A stretch of 64,000 nt of DNA from positions 185 to 64,184 of the forward strand of contig JAVBMU010000024.1 in NCBI GenBank assembly GCA_031552185.1, written 5' to 3'. The translations under genes were made by a program, and so were the position numbers. Below the pieces are notes generated by a model. It was not told where the DNA came from, ran no database searches, and was given only the letters and a program-made list of their open reading frames with translations. Shown here one piece after another: positions 19,168-30,878 of the stretch; positions within the stretch are counted from its first letter, which is position 1, and every line of letters begins with the position of its first letter. Origin of the DNA: Cellulomonadaceae bacterium (GTDB taxonomy: Bacteria; Actinomycetota; Actinomycetes; Actinomycetales; Cellulomonadaceae).

Positions 19168-19455
19168 TCACTGCGCCGATTCGTCCGCGGGACCGGGGTC
19201 CGTGGCGCGCACCGACAGCAGGCCGGAGTTGATCTCCCGCATCGCGATGGACAGCGGCTTCTCCTGGTTGCGGGTCTCGACGAGCGGGCCGACGTTCTCG
19301 AGCAGGCCCTCGGAGAGCTGCGAGTAGTAGGCATTGATCTGGCGGGCCCGCTTGGCCGCATAGATCACGAGCGCGTACTTGGAGTCGGCGCGCTCGAGCA
19401 GGTCGTCGATCGGCGGGTCGGTGATGCCCTCGGGGGCGGCAACAGTTCCGGACAC
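19168..19455 (-). CDS. rpoZ: DNA-directed RNA polymerase subunit omega
   Basis: Last 95 aa of ORF 19168..19857. '[31 protein letters not shown]'. GTG at 19455 with GGAG upstream. Confidence 0.9.
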   Translation of the reverse strand: MSGTVAAPEGITDPPIDDLLERADSKYALVIYAAKRARQINAYYSQLSEGLLENVGPLVETRNQEKPLSIAMREINSGLLSVRATDPGPADESAQ

Positions 19456-19498
19456 GAATGAACTCCAGTGGGTGGGCAACAGCGGACGGCCTTCCAGC

Positions 19499-20128
19499 CT
19501 ACCGTGTCGGATCGGACACCGCGTCAGGATCGATCGCCATGATGGCCACCAACTCGTCCGCGGCGCGATGGGCGTCGTCGTTGACGACGACGTAGTCGAA
19601 TTCCGATTCGGCGGCCAATTCGACCCGGGCCGTGGCAAGGCGACGCTCCCGCTCCACCTCGTCCTCGGTCCCCCGGCCGACGAGGCGCCGGACCAACTCG
19701 TCCCAGGACGGCGGGGTGAGGAAGACGAACCGCGCATCCGGCATCGTCTCCTTGACCTGGCGGGCGCCCTGCAGATCGATCTCCAGCAAGGCCGGCACAC
19801 CCGCGGCGAGGCGATCCTCGACCGGGCGACGCGGCGTCCCGTAGCGGTGCCGGCCATGCACGACCGCCCATTCGAGCAACTCGCCGGCCGCGACCATCCG
19901 GTCGAATTCGGCGCCGCCGACGAAGAGGTAGTGCACGCCGTCGATCTCGCCCGGGCGGGGGGCGCGGGTCGTGGCCGACACCGAGAGCCACACCTGCGGG
20001 TACCGGGCGCGGATGTCCGCGGACACCGTGCCTTTGCCGACGGCGGTCGGTCCGGCCAGCACCGTCAGGCGGGCAGGCATTCGGGTGTCCCCGGCCGGGG
20101 CCGGGGACACCCGGTCATTCGAGCCCAT
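19499..20128 (-). CDS. gmk: Guanylate kinase
   Basis: ORF 19499..20185 trimmed to ATG 20128, 8 nt after the mihF stop. P-loop 'GPTAVGKGT', '[20 protein letters not shown]'. An alternative ATG lies at 20080. Confidence 0.92.
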   Translation of the reverse strand: MGSNDRVSPAPAGDTRMPARLTVLAGPTAVGKGTVSADIRARYPQVWLSVSATTRAPRPGEIDGVHYLFVGGAEFDRMVAAGELLEWAVVHGRHRYGTPRRPVEDRLAAGVPALLEIDLQGARQVKETMPDARFVFLTPPSWDELVRRLVGRGTEDEVERERRLATARVELAAESEFDYVVVNDDAHRAADELVAIMAIDPDAVSDPTR

Positions 20129-20135
20129 CGTGTGG

Positions 20136-20447
20136 TCAGCCGAACCTCTCCACGAGCGCGGCGGTCTGGTGCGGGCCGAGGCCACGCACGCGCCGGGTTT
20201 CCGCGATTCCGATTTCCTCCATGATCGCGCGTGCCTTGACCTTCCCGACGCCGGGCAGGGACTCGAGCAACGACACGACCTTGAGCTTGCCGATCACTTC
20301 GTCCGTGCGACCGCGCTCAATGACTTCCTTGAGCGAGCCGCGTGAGTTCTTCAGGCGGTTCTTCACTTCCGCACGGGCGCGGCGCGCCTCCGCGGCTTTC
20401 TCGAGCGCTGCCGCTCGCTGTTCGGGGGTCAGGTGTGGGAGTGCCAC
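20136..20447 (-). CDS. mihF: Integration host factor MihF (actinobacterial type)
   Basis: Last 103 aa of ORF 20136..20510. '[28 protein letters not shown]', '[19 protein letters not shown]'. GTG start at 20447. Confidence 0.85.
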   Translation of the reverse strand: MALPHLTPEQRAAALEKAAEARRARAEVKNRLKNSRGSLKEVIERGRTDEVIGKLKVVSLLESLPGVGKVKARAIMEEIGIAETRRVRGLGPHQTAALVERFG

Positions 20448-20597
20448 GCTGTCACCTACTTCTGTCCTCGGAGGGATGGGCAGACGTCGTGCCGGCGCCC
20501 GCAGGGGCACCGGCCGGGGCGACCTGCACCAACGCGAGTGTCCGACTCCTCGACGGTAGCGACGCGCATCCCCACAGGCAACGTTTCAGCCGGCGCG

Positions 20598-21431
20598 TCA
20601 TGCCACCAACCGGGAAACCAGAGCAGCTCGGGTCACCTCACCCACCCCGCAGACTGCAAGATATTCGTCGATACCGCCGTATTCGCGCTCCGCCAGGTCC
20701 CACGCGCCGGCCAAGTACTCCGGCGCCACGCCCGTCAGCGGGGCGAGGGCTTCGACGGGGAAATCGGGCAGCTCCGGCAGCACTGCGGCGAGTTCCGCCG
20801 CGCCGCCGCGCGAGGCCAGGTACTCGTCGAGGCGGGTCTGCTCGTCCACGCCGCACAGGTATTGCACGAGTGCGACGATCCAGCCGGTGCGGTCCTTGCC
20901 GGCGGTGCAGTGCACCACGCAGGCGCCCGGCGCGGCCGCGATGTCCGTGACGGCCGCCCCGACGGCGCGGCGCACGCTGGCGTCGAGCACGAAGGTCTCG
21001 TAGACGCGGGCCATCATTGCGCGCATCACCCGTTGCGGGTCCGCACTGCCGGCCAGGGCCGCCATCAGGCTCCGCACGTCCGCAGAGGCCCCGCGGCCGC
21101 GGGTGTCATCGGCGGAGACGGGCGGTTCCATCGCCCGGACGATCACCTCGACCGACGGCGGCACCCGGTCCACGCCGTCGCGCGCGCGCTCGTCCGCCCC
21201 GCGCAAGTCCACCACAGTCGATACGCCCAACGTCGCGAGGCTGCGCACGCCGTCGTCCGTCAACCCGGCCAGGCCCGCGGTGCGCAGCACGACGCCCGTG
21301 CGCATCCGGCGGCCGTCCCCGGTCGACACCCCGCCGATGTCGCGGGCGTTCCAGGTTCCGGGGATGTTCAGGCCGGCCAGGGCCTCGGTGGAGCGGGCGG
21401 ACGAGTCGGATACGGATTCGCGCAGGGTCAT
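20598..21431 (-). CDS. Protein-tyrosine phosphatase (Y_phosphatase3-like)
   Basis: Last 277 aa of ORF 20598..21653. CX5R P-loop 'VVHCTAGKDRTGW'. ATG at 21431. Confidence 0.8.
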   Translation of the reverse strand: MTLRESVSDSSARSTEALAGLNIPGTWNARDIGGVSTGDGRRMRTGVVLRTAGLAGLTDDGVRSLATLGVSTVVDLRGADERARDGVDRVPPSVEVIVRAMEPPVSADDTRGRGASADVRSLMAALAGSADPQRVMRAMMARVYETFVLDASVRRAVGAAVTDIAAAPGACVVHCTAGKDRTGWIVALVQYLCGVDEQTRLDEYLASRGGAAELAAVLPELPDFPVEALAPLTGVAPEYLAGAWDLAEREYGGIDEYLAVCGVGEVTRAALVSRLVA

Positions 21432-21495
21432 ACGTCGTATTCTTGCAGCCGGCACCGCGTGCTCGGGCCCCAGCGGCACTGCGTCCCCGGGTCCG

Positions 21496-22362
21496 TCAGC
21501 GCAGCGCGGCGGCCGTCTCGGCCGCGGCGGCCAGGGCCGCCGCGCGCAGCGCGGCACGGTCCGGGCCGGCGGCGAGCACCGCCCGGGAGGACGCGGCGAG
21601 CACGGACCGGCGCGCGGGGCCGAAGACGCGGGCCAACTCGGCCCCGCCCGCACCCTGCGCGCCCACGCCGGGCGCGAGCAGCGGACCGTTCACGGCCGCC
21701 AGATCGACCCCGGCGGCCGCCGCGCCGGTTCCGATCGTCGCCCCGACGACGAGCCCGATCGACCCGAACGGATCCGCCCCGGCGTTGTGCCGCGCCGCCT
21801 GGGCGGCGACGCCGGCCGCGACGCTGAGCCCGTCGGCCGAGCGGGCGTGCTGCACCTCGGCGCCCTCCGGGTTGGACGTCAGGCACAGCACGAACAGACC
21901 CCGCCCCGTAGACGCCGCGGCGGTCACCGCCGGCGCCAGCGATCCGAACCCGAGGTACGGGGAGACCGTCAGCGCGTCGCCGGCCAACGGCGACCCGTCG
22001 CGCAGGTAGGCATCGGCGTAGCCGGCCATGGTCGAGCCGATGTCGCCCCGCTTGGCGTCGACGATGACCGCCGTACCCGCCCCCCGGCCGGCCGCGATCA
22101 CCTCCTCCAGGGCGGCCACGCCGCGCGAGCCGTGCCGCTCGAAGAGGGCAGACTGCGGCTTGACCGCCGCCACCCGGCCGCCGACGGCGTCGACCACCCG
22201 CAAGCCGAATTCCCGGAGGCCGCCCGCGTCGTCGGGCAGGCCCCAGGCCGCCAGCAGGGCCGGGTGCGGGTCAATGCCCACGCACAGCGGCCCGTGGTCG
22301 GCCATCGCCGCCGCCAGTCTTGCCCCGAACGGCACGGCCCCCAACGGCACGCCCCCGCTCAC
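21496..22362 (-). CDS. pyrF: Orotidine 5'-phosphate decarboxylase (type 2)
   Basis: ORF 21496..22362. 'LCVGIDPHP', 'VKPQSALFE', '[12 protein letters not shown]'. The GTG start overlaps the carB stop. Confidence 0.9.
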   Translation of the reverse strand: MSGGVPLGAVPFGARLAAAMADHGPLCVGIDPHPALLAAWGLPDDAGGLREFGLRVVDAVGGRVAAVKPQSALFERHGSRGVAALEEVIAAGRGAGTAVIVDAKRGDIGSTMAGYADAYLRDGSPLAGDALTVSPYLGFGSLAPAVTAAASTGRGLFVLCLTSNPEGAEVQHARSADGLSVAAGVAAQAARHNAGADPFGSIGLVVGATIGTGAAAAGVDLAAVNGPLLAPGVGAQGAGGAELARVFGPARRSVLAASSRAVLAAGPDRAALRAAALAAAAETAAALR

Positions 22363-25300
22363 CGGGTCACCTCCCCGCCGGCGTCCGGCTCGGCCGCAGG
22401 CCGGGGACCGCGGGTCGTGGCGGGCCTGGCGGGAGCAGCCGACCCCGGCACCAACTCCTGGAGCGACGCCACCGCGAACGGCCCGGCGAGCACCGCCTCG
22501 ATGCCCTGAATCGCCGCCGCCAGCTCCTGCGTCGTGGTGACGATCGGCTTGTCGGCCGCCGTCGTCGCGGCCCGGATCTCGTAGCCGTCCGCGCGGGCGC
22601 CCGCCCCGGAGGGGGTGTTCACCACCATGTCCACCTCGCCGGCGACGATCAGATCCACAATGGTTGGCTCGTCGTCGGGGCCGCGCCCATCGGAGAACTT
22701 GCGCACCAGCCGCGACGGAATGCCGCTGCGACGCAGGACGGAGGCGGTGCCCGCCGTGGCGAGGATCTCGAAACCCAGGTCGGCCAGCCGGCGCGCGGGC
22801 AGCACGATCTCCCGCTTGTCCTGGTCGGCCACGGACAGAAAGACCCGGCCCGACGTCGGCAGCCCGCCGTACGCGGCCGCCTGGGACTTGGCGAAGGCGA
22901 GCGGGAAGTCCTGGTCGATGCCCATCACCTCGCCGGTGGAGCGCATCTCCGGGCCGAGGATGGTCTCCACGACGGCCCCGGCCGTGGTCCGGAACCGCCG
23001 GAACGGCAGCACCGCCTCCTTGACGGCGATCGGCGCGTCCAGCGGCAGGTCGCCGCCGTCGCCGCCGGCCGGCAGCAGGCCGCCGGCCCGCAGTTGCGCG
23101 ATCGACTCGCCCGCCATCAGCCGGGCGGCGGCCTTGGCCAGCGGCACCCCGGTCGCCTTGGAGACGAACGGGACGGTGCGGCTCGCCCGCGGGTTGGCCT
23201 CCAGCACATACAGCACGTCCGAGGCGACGGCGTACTGCACGTTCAGCAGCCCTCGCACCCCGACTCCCTGCGCGATGGCCTGCGTGGATCGGCGGATCCG
23301 GTCGATCTGCCGGTCGGAGAGCGAGACCGCCGGCAGCACGCAGGCCGAGTCCCCCGAGTGGATCCCGGCCTCCTCAATGTGTTCCATCACGCCGCCGAGG
23401 AACAGTTCCGTGCCGTCGTACAGCGCATCGACGTCGATCTCCATCGCGTCGTCCAGGAACCGGTCGATCAACAGCGGCGACGGCAGCGCGCCCGCGGTGC
23501 GCTCGTCCGCGGCCGCGGCCGCCAACGCCCGCTCGACGTAGCCGGTCAGGTCCTGCGTCGAGTAGACGATCTCCATCCCCCGCCCGCCCAGGACATAGGA
23601 CGGCCGGACCAGCACCGGGTAACCGATCCGGTCCGCGACGGCGCGGGCCTCGGCGAGCGTCGTCGCCGTGCCGAAGGCCGGCGCGGGCAGCCCCGCGGCG
23701 GCCAGCACCCGGCCGAAGGCGCCGCGGTCCTCGGCGGCGTCGATCGAGGCCGGCGGCGTGCCGAGGATCGGCACGCCGGCGTCGGCGAGGCGCTGGGCCA
23801 GGGCGAGCGGCGTCTGCCCGCCGAGTTGCACGATGACGCCGACCACCGGCCCGGCGGCGAGTTCGGCCCGGTACACCTCGAGCACGTCCTCGAAGGTCAG
23901 CGGCTCGAAGTACAACCGGTCCGAGGTGTCGTAGTCGGTGGAAACGGTCTCCGGATTGCAGTTGACCATGACCGTTTCGTAGCGGTCCCGCAGCGCGAGG
24001 GCGGCGTGCACGCAGGAATAGTCGAACTCGATCCCCTGCCCGATCCGGTTCGGCCCCGAGCCGAGCACGATGACGGCCGGCCGGACCCGCGCGGCGACCT
24101 CGGTCTCGTCGTCGTAGGCGGAGTAGTGGTACGGGGTGCGGGCGGCGAACTCGGCCGCACAGGTGTCCACGGTCTTGAAGACCGGGCGGATGCCGTGGGC
24201 GTAGCGGACCTCGCGCACGGCGGCCTCGCCCGCCGGGCCGAGGCCGCGCAGCGCGGCGATCTGGGCGTCGGACAGCCCGTGCCGTTTGGCCCGGTGCAAC
24301 ACGTCGGCCGTGAGCGCCGACGCGCCGGCCACCTCGGCGGCCACCTCATTGATGAGCTGAATCTGGTCCACGAACCACGGGTCGATGCCGGTCGCGGCGG
24401 CCAGGGTCTCGACGTCGGCGCCGCCCCGCAGCGCCTGCTGGACGGCAATCAGCCGGTTCTCGGTGGGCATGGCGGCGGCGGCGAGCGTCGCGTCGAGGTC
24501 CGCGCCGGCGGGCGGCGACCCGTCCCAATGGAAGACGGCGCCGGCCTTGTCGATCGAGCGCATCGCCTTGCCGAGCGCCTCGGTGAAGCAGCGGCCGAAG
24601 GCCATCGCCTCGCCGACCGACTTCATGGTGGTGGTCAGCCCGGCGTCCGCCGTCGGGAACTTCTCGAACGCGAACCGCGGCACCTTGACCACCACGTAGT
24701 CCAGGGCGGGCTCGAACGAGGCCGGGGTGACGCGGGTGATGTCGTTCGGAATCTCGTCCAGGGTGTAGCCGACGGCGAGCTTGGCCGCGATCTTGGCGAT
24801 CGGGAACCCGGTCGCCTTGGAGGCCAGCGCGGAGGACCGGGACACCCGCGGGTTCATCTCGATCACCACGACCCGCCCGGTGCTGGGGTGGACCGCGAAC
24901 TGGATGTTGCAGCCGCCGGTGTCCACGCCAACCTCGCGGATGATCGCGATCGCCACGTTGCGCAGGTGCTGGTATTCACGGTCGGTCAGGGTCATGGCGG
25001 GCGCCACCGTGATCGAGTCGCCGGTGTGCACGCCGACCGGGTCGACGTTCTCGATGGAACAGACCACCACGACGTTGTCGTGCCGATCGCGCATCAGCTC
25101 GAGCTCGAATTCCTTCCAGCCGAGGATCGACTCCTCCAGCAGGACCTCCGAGGTCGGCGAGTAAGCCAGGCCCTGGCCAACGATGCGACGCAATTCGGTC
25201 TCGTCGTGGGCGAATCCCGAGCCGAGCCCGCCCATGGTGAACGACGGCCGGACCACCACGGGGTAGCCGAGGTCGGCCGCGGCGGCCACCGCGTCGGGCA

Positions 25301-25754
25301 GCGTGTGGGCGACCAGCGACCGGGCCGATTCGGCGCCGCAGGCGGCCACCACCTTCTTGAAGGCCTCCCGGTCCTCGCCCTTGCCGATGGCCTCGACGGA
25401 GGCGCCGATCAGTTCGACGCCGTACTCGGCGAGCACCCCCGCCTCGTGCAGCGCGACGGCCGCGTTCAGCGCGGTCTGCCCGCCGAGAGTCGGCAGCAGG
25501 GCGTCGGGGCGTTCCTTGGCGATGATCGACGTGAGCACCTCGGTGGTGATGGGCTCGATGTAGGTCGCGTCGGCGAATTCCGGGTCCGTCATGATCGTCG
25601 CCGGGTTGGAATTGACCAGGATGACCCGCAGGCCCTCCTCCTTCAGCACCCGGCAGGCCTGCGTGCCGGAGTAGTCGAATTCGCAGGCCTGGCCGATGAC
25701 GATCGGCCCCGAGCCGATGACCAGAACCGAGCCGAGGTCGGTGCGCCGCGGCAT
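22359..25754 (-). CDS. carB: Carbamoyl-phosphate synthase large subunit
   Basis: ORF 22359..25754 (1131 aa). Duplicated ATP-grasp halves, '[24 protein letters not shown]', and a C-terminal MGS-like domain. Confidence 0.97.
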   Translation of the reverse strand: MPRRTDLGSVLVIGSGPIVIGQACEFDYSGTQACRVLKEEGLRVILVNSNPATIMTDPEFADATYIEPITTEVLTSIIAKERPDALLPTLGGQTALNAAVALHEAGVLAEYGVELIGASVEAIGKGEDREAFKKVVAACGAESARSLVAHTLPDAVAAAADLGYPVVVRPSFTMGGLGSGFAHDETELRRIVGQGLAYSPTSEVLLEESILGWKEFELELMRDRHDNVVVVCSIENVDPVGVHTGDSITVAPAMTLTDREYQHLRNVAIAIIREVGVDTGGCNIQFAVHPSTGRVVVIEMNPRVSRSSALASKATGFPIAKIAAKLAVGYTLDEIPNDITRVTPASFEPALDYVVVKVPRFAFEKFPTADAGLTTTMKSVGEAMAFGRCFTEALGKAMRSIDKAGAVFHWDGSPPAGADLDATLAAAAMPTENRLIAVQQALRGGADVETLAAATGIDPWFVDQIQLINEVAAEVAGASALTADVLHRAKRHGLSDAQIAALRGLGPAGEAAVREVRYAHGIRPVFKTVDTCAAEFAARTPYHYSAYDDETEVAARVRPAVIVLGSGPNRIGQGIEFDYSCVHAALALRDRYETVMVNCNPETVSTDYDTSDRLYFEPLTFEDVLEVYRAELAAGPVVGVIVQLGGQTPLALAQRLADAGVPILGTPPASIDAAEDRGAFGRVLAAAGLPAPAFGTATTLAEARAVADRIGYPVLVRPSYVLGGRGMEIVYSTQDLTGYVERALAAAAADERTAGALPSPLLIDRFLDDAMEIDVDALYDGTELFLGGVMEHIEEAGIHSGDSACVLPAVSLSDRQIDRIRRSTQAIAQGVGVRGLLNVQYAVASDVLYVLEANPRASRTVPFVSKATGVPLAKAAARLMAGESIAQLRAGGLLPAGGDGGDLPLDAPIAVKEAVLPFRRFRTTAGAVVETILGPEMRSTGEVMGIDQDFPLAFAKSQAAAYGGLPTSGRVFLSVADQDKREIVLPARRLADLGFEILATAGTASVLRRSGIPSRLVRKFSDGRGPDDEPTIVDLIVAGEVDMVVNTPSGAGARADGYEIRAATTAADKPIVTTTQELAAAIQGIEAVLAGPFAVASLQELVPGSAAPARPATTRGPRPAAEPDAGGEVTR

Positions 25755-27007
25755 CAGGCCACCTCCCCCCCGGTGCGGGCCGTTCGGATCAGCGTGATGA
25801 ACCGGTCGAAGAGGTGCGCCGCGTCGTGCGGGCCGGCTGCGGCCTCGGGGTGGTACTGGACCGAGAAGGCGGGCAGGTCCAGGCAGGCCAGCCCCTCCAC
25901 GACGTCGTCGTTCAGCCCGAGGTGGGACACGACGACGCGGCCGTACCGGCCGCCGTCGTGCGGGGCGACGGTCTCCCCCTCGCGAGGGGCGTCGACGGCG
26001 AATCCGTGGTTGTGGGCGGTCACCTCGACCCGACCCGTGGTCCGGTCGAGCACCGGCTGGTTGATGCCGCGGTGGCCGTAGCCCAGCTTGTACGTGCCGA
26101 AGCCGAGCGCCCGGCCGAGGATCTGGTTGCCGTAGCAGATGCCGAAGAACGGAATCCGGCGGTCCAGGACAGCTCGGAGCAACTCCACCTCGTGGCCGGC
26201 GGCCCCCGGATCCCCCGGTCCGTTCGAGAAGAAGACCCCGTCCGGCTCGAGGGCCAGGATCTCGTCGATTCCGATGTCGGCCGGGACCACGTGCACGCGG
26301 ACCCCGCGCTCGGCGAGCAGCCGGGGCGTGGCAGCCTTGATGCCGAGGTCGACGGCGACGACGGTCGCCACCGGCGGTCGGCCGACGTGCTCGCCGGCGG
26401 GCTCGACGACGTAGACCTGCGGCGTGCTGACCTGGGCGGCCAGCGCCGCGCCGGTCATCTGAGGGGCCGAGCGCACCCGCGCGATCAGCCGCTCCACCGG
26501 CATCGGCAGGGGCCCGTCCTCGAGTGCGGCGCCGGAGAAGATGCCCGCCCGCATGGCCCCCTGCTCACGCAACCGGCGGGTCAGCGCCCGGGTGTCCACC
26601 CCGCTGATCCCGACGACGTCGTCCGCCGCCAGCGCCTCGTCCAGCGTGCCCTCGGCCCGCCAGGACGAGGCCCGCCGGGCCGGGTCGCGGACCACAAAGC
26701 CGGCCACGTGGATCCGGCCCGACTCCTCGTCCGTGCCGTTCACGCCGGTGTTTCCGATGTGGGGCGCCGTCATCACGACGATCTGTCGGTGGTAGGACGG
26801 GTCGGTCAGCGTCTCCTGGTAGCCGGTCATTCCGGTGGCGAAGACGATCTCGCCGAGGGTCGCGCCGACGGCGCCGTACGAGCGACCCGGGTAGGTGCTG
26901 CCGTCCTCCAGGACGAGCAGCGCCGGGCGGCTCGGCCGGGTTGGCGCGGGCCGGGAGGGCGCGAACGGGGTCGGCTGGGCGGGCGCGCTCGGGGTCGGGG
27001 CGGTCAT
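25754..27007 (-). CDS. carA: Carbamoyl-phosphate synthase small (glutaminase) subunit
   Basis: ORF 25754..27007. '[16 protein letters not shown]', GATase '[11 protein letters not shown]', 'HNHGFAV'. Confidence 0.95.
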   Translation of the reverse strand: MTAPTPSAPAQPTPFAPSRPAPTRPSRPALLVLEDGSTYPGRSYGAVGATLGEIVFATGMTGYQETLTDPSYHRQIVVMTAPHIGNTGVNGTDEESGRIHVAGFVVRDPARRASSWRAEGTLDEALAADDVVGISGVDTRALTRRLREQGAMRAGIFSGAALEDGPLPMPVERLIARVRSAPQMTGAALAAQVSTPQVYVVEPAGEHVGRPPVATVVAVDLGIKAATPRLLAERGVRVHVVPADIGIDEILALEPDGVFFSNGPGDPGAAGHEVELLRAVLDRRIPFFGICYGNQILGRALGFGTYKLGYGHRGINQPVLDRTTGRVEVTAHNHGFAVDAPREGETVAPHDGGRYGRVVVSHLGLNDDVVEGLACLDLPAFSVQYHPEAAAGPHDAAHLFDRFITLIRTARTGGEVA

Positions 27008-27708
27008 CCGTCGGTCCTCTGCTGGGTCGGCCGCTCGGTGGGCTGCTCGGTGGGCTGCTCGGTGGGCTGCTCAGTGGGCTGCCGGCCGAGCTGCTCCGTC
27101 GGCCCTCTATCGTGGTCCCCGCCGGGGCCGACGGCGAGTCGACCGATCGCCGCGAGCAGTTCCGTGCCGTCCGCCGCGCGCCGCGGCAGCAGTCCCGTGT
27201 CCAGCCGAGCCGAGGCCACCGAATCCGCCGGCACGTCCCAGGTGACGACCACGATCGGGGCATTGTGCCGGCCGAACGCCTTGCCGCCGATGCCGCGGTC
27301 GAACCCGACCGCCGCGATGGTGGCTGCCGGGATAAACAGGTCCGCCGCGCCGGTTCGCTCGATCGCGACGCCGGCGTCCGGTCCGGCCGGGCGCACGGTC
27401 ACCCGGGCGGCCGCCCGGTCCCCGAGGCCATGGACGGGCACGCGGGCGAGCCAGTCGCCCGCCCGCGTGCTCGCGACGTAGGTCGCCTCGATCGGGCCGA
27501 GGTCGGCCGGGGCGAGGTCGGCCGGGGCGGGGTCGGCCGGGGCGCTCGCCGCCGAATCTGTCCGCAGGCCCGCCGGGATCGGCGGCGGGACGGGCACCGT
27601 CCCCGCCGCGCGGCGCTCGGCTCGTCGGCGGCCGCCGACGATGACGACCATCAACGCGAGGCCGATGACAACGAAAATGCCGATCGCGACGGGCATGGGC
27701 AGGTTCAT
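27004..27708 (-). CDS. Single-pass membrane protein of unknown function encoded within the pyr operon
   Basis: ORF 27004..27885 trimmed to ATG 27708 (GGAGG upstream). TM segment '[18 protein letters not shown]'. It occupies the position of the membrane-protein gene found between pyrC and carA in mycobacteria. The C-terminal tail is '(PTEQ)x4'. Confidence 0.7.
   Translation of the reverse strand: MNLPMPVAIGIFVVIGLALMVVIVGGRRRAERRAAGTVPVPPPIPAGLRTDSAASAPADPAPADLAPADLGPIEATYVASTRAGDWLARVPVHGLGDRAAARVTVRPAGPDAGVAIERTGAADLFIPAATIAAVGFDRGIGGKAFGRHNAPIVVVTWDVPADSVASARLDTGLLPRRAADGTELLAAIGRLAVGPGGDHDRGPTEQLGRQPTEQPTEQPTEQPTERPTQQRTDG
27034..27081 (-). repeat. 12-bp x4 in-frame tandem repeat encoding [16 protein letters not shown]
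   Basis: CTCGGTGGGCTG x3 plus CTCAGTGGGCTG, read at 27034-27081. Confidence 0.9.
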
Positions 27709-27787
27709 GCGACAGGTGCCTCCAAACGGCGGGTACGCGGTACTGCAGCGGCCATCAGGTGGTGCCGGAGCGGCACGGCCGGCGAGC

Positions 27788-29116
27788 TCAGCCGGCGGCG
27801 CGGGCGCCGTCGAGCACCAGGGCGCCGTCGAGCACGGTGGCCCGTCCCCGCAGGAACGTCGCCACCACCCGGCCGGGCACCTCACGGTCCTGGAACGGGG
27901 TGTTGGCCGCCGCCGTGGCCTGCGCGGCGCCGTCGACCACCCGACGGGCGGCCGGGTCCACGAGCACGACGTTCGCCGGCTCGCCGATCTCCAGCGGCCG
28001 GCCCTGAGCCACCGGGCCGGAATCGATCCGGCCGATCCGCGCCGGGGCGGCGGACATGACCCGCGCGACGTCGGCCCAGGTCATCCGGCCGGAGTCGACC
28101 ATCGTGGCCTGCACCACGGAGAGCGCCGTCTCCAGGCCGGTCATGCCGAACGCGGCGGTGGCCCACTCGCAGTCCTTGTCCTCACGGGTGTGCGGGGCGT
28201 GGTCGGTCGCCACGATGTCGATCGTCCCGTCGGCGAGGCCGGCTCGCAGCGCCTCGACGTCGGCGGCCGTGCGCAGCGGCGGGTTGACCTTGTACCGCGA
28301 GTCGTAGCCGACGGCCTCGGCGTCGGTCAGGGCGAGGTGATGCGGGGTGACCTCGGCCGTCACCTGCACTCCCCGAGCCTTGGCGGCGCGGACGATGGCG
28401 ACGGACCCCGCCGTCGAGACGTGGCACACGTGCAGCCGCGACCCGACGTGCTCGGCGAGCAGCGTGTCGCGGGCAATGACCGCCTCCTCGGCCACGGCCG
28501 GCCAGCCGGCCAGGCCGATCTCCGCCGAGACCACGCCCTCGTTCATCTGCGCGTTCTCGGTCAGCCGCGGCTCCTGGGCGTGCTGGGCGATCACGCCGTC
28601 GAAGGCCTTCACGTACTCCAGCGCGCGGCGCATCAGGATCGGGTCGTCCACGCAGTGCCCGTCGTCGGAGAAGACGCGCACCGCGGCCGCTGAGTCCGCC
28701 ATCGAACTCAGCTCGGCCAGCCGCTCCCCCCGCAGGCCGACCGAGACCGCGCCGATCGGGTGCACGTCCACCCAGCCGGCGGCGCGGCCCAGCCGCCAGA
28801 CCTGCTCGACCACCCCGGCCGTGTCCGCGACCGGCGTCGTGTTCGCCATCGCGTGCACCGAGGTGAAGCCGCCGAGCGCGGCCGCACGGGTGCCGGACTC
28901 GACCGTCTCGGCGTCCTCGCGGCCGGGCTCACGCAGGTGGGTGTGCAGGTCGACCAGCCCGGGCAGGGCGACCAGGTCCGTCGCGTCGATGACCTCGGCG
29001 TCGGGCCGCTGGGCCGTGCCCGCGGGCTCGATGGCCGCGATCGTGCCGTCCGCGAGAACCAGGTCGACGGCGTCACCGCCGAGCGGCCGGGCGCCGCGCA
29101 GAATGTACGTGGTCAT
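27788..29116 (-). CDS. pyrC: Dihydroorotase
   Basis: ORF 27788..29116. '[13 protein letters not shown]', 'VSTAGSV', 'ATDHAPH'. Confidence 0.95.
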   Translation of the reverse strand: MTTYILRGARPLGGDAVDLVLADGTIAAIEPAGTAQRPDAEVIDATDLVALPGLVDLHTHLREPGREDAETVESGTRAAALGGFTSVHAMANTTPVADTAGVVEQVWRLGRAAGWVDVHPIGAVSVGLRGERLAELSSMADSAAAVRVFSDDGHCVDDPILMRRALEYVKAFDGVIAQHAQEPRLTENAQMNEGVVSAEIGLAGWPAVAEEAVIARDTLLAEHVGSRLHVCHVSTAGSVAIVRAAKARGVQVTAEVTPHHLALTDAEAVGYDSRYKVNPPLRTAADVEALRAGLADGTIDIVATDHAPHTREDKDCEWATAAFGMTGLETALSVVQATMVDSGRMTWADVARVMSAAPARIGRIDSGPVAQGRPLEIGEPANVVLVDPAARRVVDGAAQATAAANTPFQDREVPGRVVATFLRGRATVLDGALVLDGARAAG

Positions 29117-30156
29117 GCGATCACCGCCTTGACGTCGGGCCGGGGCTGGGCGTCGTCGCGTTCGCCCGCGAGGAGTAGGTACAGCGCGGCCATCCGGATG
29201 GCCACCCCGTTGGCGACCTGCTCGACGATCACGGAGCGGGCCGAGTCCGCCGCCTCGGCGGAGATCTCCAGGCCGCGGTTCATCGGCCCGGGGTGCATCA
29301 CGATCGCGTGCTCCGCCAGCAGGCTCAGCCGGCGCGCGTCGAGCCCGTACTTGCGGGTGTACTCCAGCGGCGTCGGGAAGAAGGCGCCGCCGCCCGAACC
29401 GGCCCCGCTCATCCGCTCGCGCTGGACGCGCAGCATCATCACGGCGTCGGGCTGCCAGTCGGCCAACGTCTCGTCCAGGCTGTACGAGACCCGGCCGGGC
29501 CAGGACTCGACGCCGACCGGCAGCAGCGTCGGCGGGGCCACCAGGGTCACCTCGGCGCCGAGCGTGTGCAGCAGGTGGACGTTCGAGCGCGCGACCCGCG
29601 AGTGCAGGACGTCGCCGACGATCGCGATCCGGCGGCCGTCCAGGCCGGCGCCCAGCGCCGCGACGTCGTCGGGGTCGGCCGCGCCCGGCGATTCTACGGC
29701 GAAGCCGCTCAGGTGCCGGCGCAAGGTGTAGGCGTCGAGCAGCGCCTGGGTCGGGTGCTGGTGCGTCCCGTCCCCCGCGTTCAGCACGGCGGCGTCGACC
29801 CAGCCGGCGTGGGCCAGCAGGTGCGGCGCCCCCGAGGCGGAGTGTCGGATCACGACGGCGTCGGCGCCCATCGCGGCCAGGGTGAGCGCGGTGTCCTTCA
29901 GGGATTCGCCCTTGGAGACGCTCGATCCCTTCGCGGAGAAGTTGATCACGTCCGCGGAGAGCCGCTTGGCCGCCGTCTCGAACGAGATCCGGGTCCGGGT
30001 GGAGTCCTCGAAGAACAGGTTCACCACAGTGCGCCCGCGCAGCGTCGGGAGCTTCTTGATTTCGCGGGACTGGGTGGCCGCCATCTGCGCGGCGGTGTCG
30101 AGAATGCGGATCGCGTCCTCGCGGGGCAGGTCCTGGGTCGAGAGCAGGTGCTTCAT
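29113..30156 (-). CDS. pyrB: Aspartate carbamoyltransferase catalytic subunit
   Basis: ORF 29113..30156. '[15 protein letters not shown]', '[10 protein letters not shown]', 'HPGPMNRG'. Confidence 0.95.
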   Translation of the reverse strand: MKHLLSTQDLPREDAIRILDTAAQMAATQSREIKKLPTLRGRTVVNLFFEDSTRTRISFETAAKRLSADVINFSAKGSSVSKGESLKDTALTLAAMGADAVVIRHSASGAPHLLAHAGWVDAAVLNAGDGTHQHPTQALLDAYTLRRHLSGFAVESPGAADPDDVAALGAGLDGRRIAIVGDVLHSRVARSNVHLLHTLGAEVTLVAPPTLLPVGVESWPGRVSYSLDETLADWQPDAVMMLRVQRERMSGAGSGGGAFFPTPLEYTRKYGLDARRLSLLAEHAIVMHPGPMNRGLEISAEAADSARSVIVEQVANGVAIRMAALYLLLAGERDDAQPRPDVKAVIA

Positions 30157-30785
30157 CGGGCGCCCCCCTCGGTCCGGGCGGACTGCTGGATCACGACGGC
30201 GTCGCCGCCGGCCTCGGGGTCGGTCTCCGCGAGCCGCACCCGCACCCGCTCGGACTGGGCGGTCGGCAGGTTCTTGCCGACGTAGTCCGGCCGGATCGGC
30301 AGTTCGCGGTGGCCGCGGTCGACCAGCGCGGCGAGTTGGACCGCGCGCGGCCGGCCGAGGTCATTGATCGCGTCCAGCGCGGCGCGGATGGTCCGGCCGG
30401 AGTACAGCACGTCATCGACCAGGATGACGACGGCGCCGTCGATCCCCCGGGTCGGCACCCGGGTGGCACCGATCGCCCGCGGCGGCTGGCTGCGCAGGTC
30501 GTCCCGGTACATCGTGACGTCGAGTTCGCCGACCGACGCCGCGGCGTCGAAGCCCGGGTCGATCTCCGCGAGCCGCTGGGCGAGCCGGGCCGCCAGCGGG
30601 ACCCCGCGGGTTGGGATGCCCAGCAGCACCACGTCCGCGGCGCCGCGGTTGCGCTCGACGATCTCGTGCGCGATCCGGGTCAGGGCGCGGGCAATGTCAT
30701 CGCCCGTCAGAACCGTGTTTTTGGTGGGGTGCTCCGGCGTCGCGCCGCCGGCTGCGTTCGTGGGTACGGCAGGGCCAGATGACAT
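30153..30785 (-). CDS. pyrR: Bifunctional pyr operon regulator / uracil phosphoribosyltransferase PyrR
   Basis: ORF 30153..30785. PRPP motif '[19 protein letters not shown]'. First gene of the pyr operon. Confidence 0.93.
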   Translation of the reverse strand: MSSGPAVPTNAAGGATPEHPTKNTVLTGDDIARALTRIAHEIVERNRGAADVVLLGIPTRGVPLAARLAQRLAEIDPGFDAAASVGELDVTMYRDDLRSQPPRAIGATRVPTRGIDGAVVILVDDVLYSGRTIRAALDAINDLGRPRAVQLAALVDRGHRELPIRPDYVGKNLPTAQSERVRVRLAETDPEAGGDAVVIQQSARTEGGAR

Positions 30786-30790
30786 CTGGC

Positions 30791-30830
30791 GACCTCCTTC
30801 TCCGCCTCGCGGGACGGTCCTTAAAGGATG
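30791..30830 (-). promoter_or_regulatory. Candidate PyrR-binding RNA hairpin overlapping the pyrR Shine-Dalgarno sequence
   Basis: The leader RNA reads CAUCCUUUAAGGACCGUCCCGCGAGGCGGAGAAGGAGGUCGCCAG-AUG. CCUU...AAGG forms the lower stem, CC..GG the upper stem, and the loop GUCCCGCGAGGC resembles the PyrR binding-loop core GUCCAGAGAGGC. The 3' arm contains the SD GAAGGAGG. Confidence 0.55.
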
Positions 30831-30878
30831 TCTGACGGGGTCAGCCTACCGGACGCCCGAACCGCCCCGGGCGCACCC

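Noticed and set aside
22320-26081. 1253-aa plus-strand ORF antisense to carB/carA
   Set aside because: Same artefact. carB and carA on the minus strand are unambiguous, and the antisense product is low-complexity Arg/Gly/Asp/Pro.
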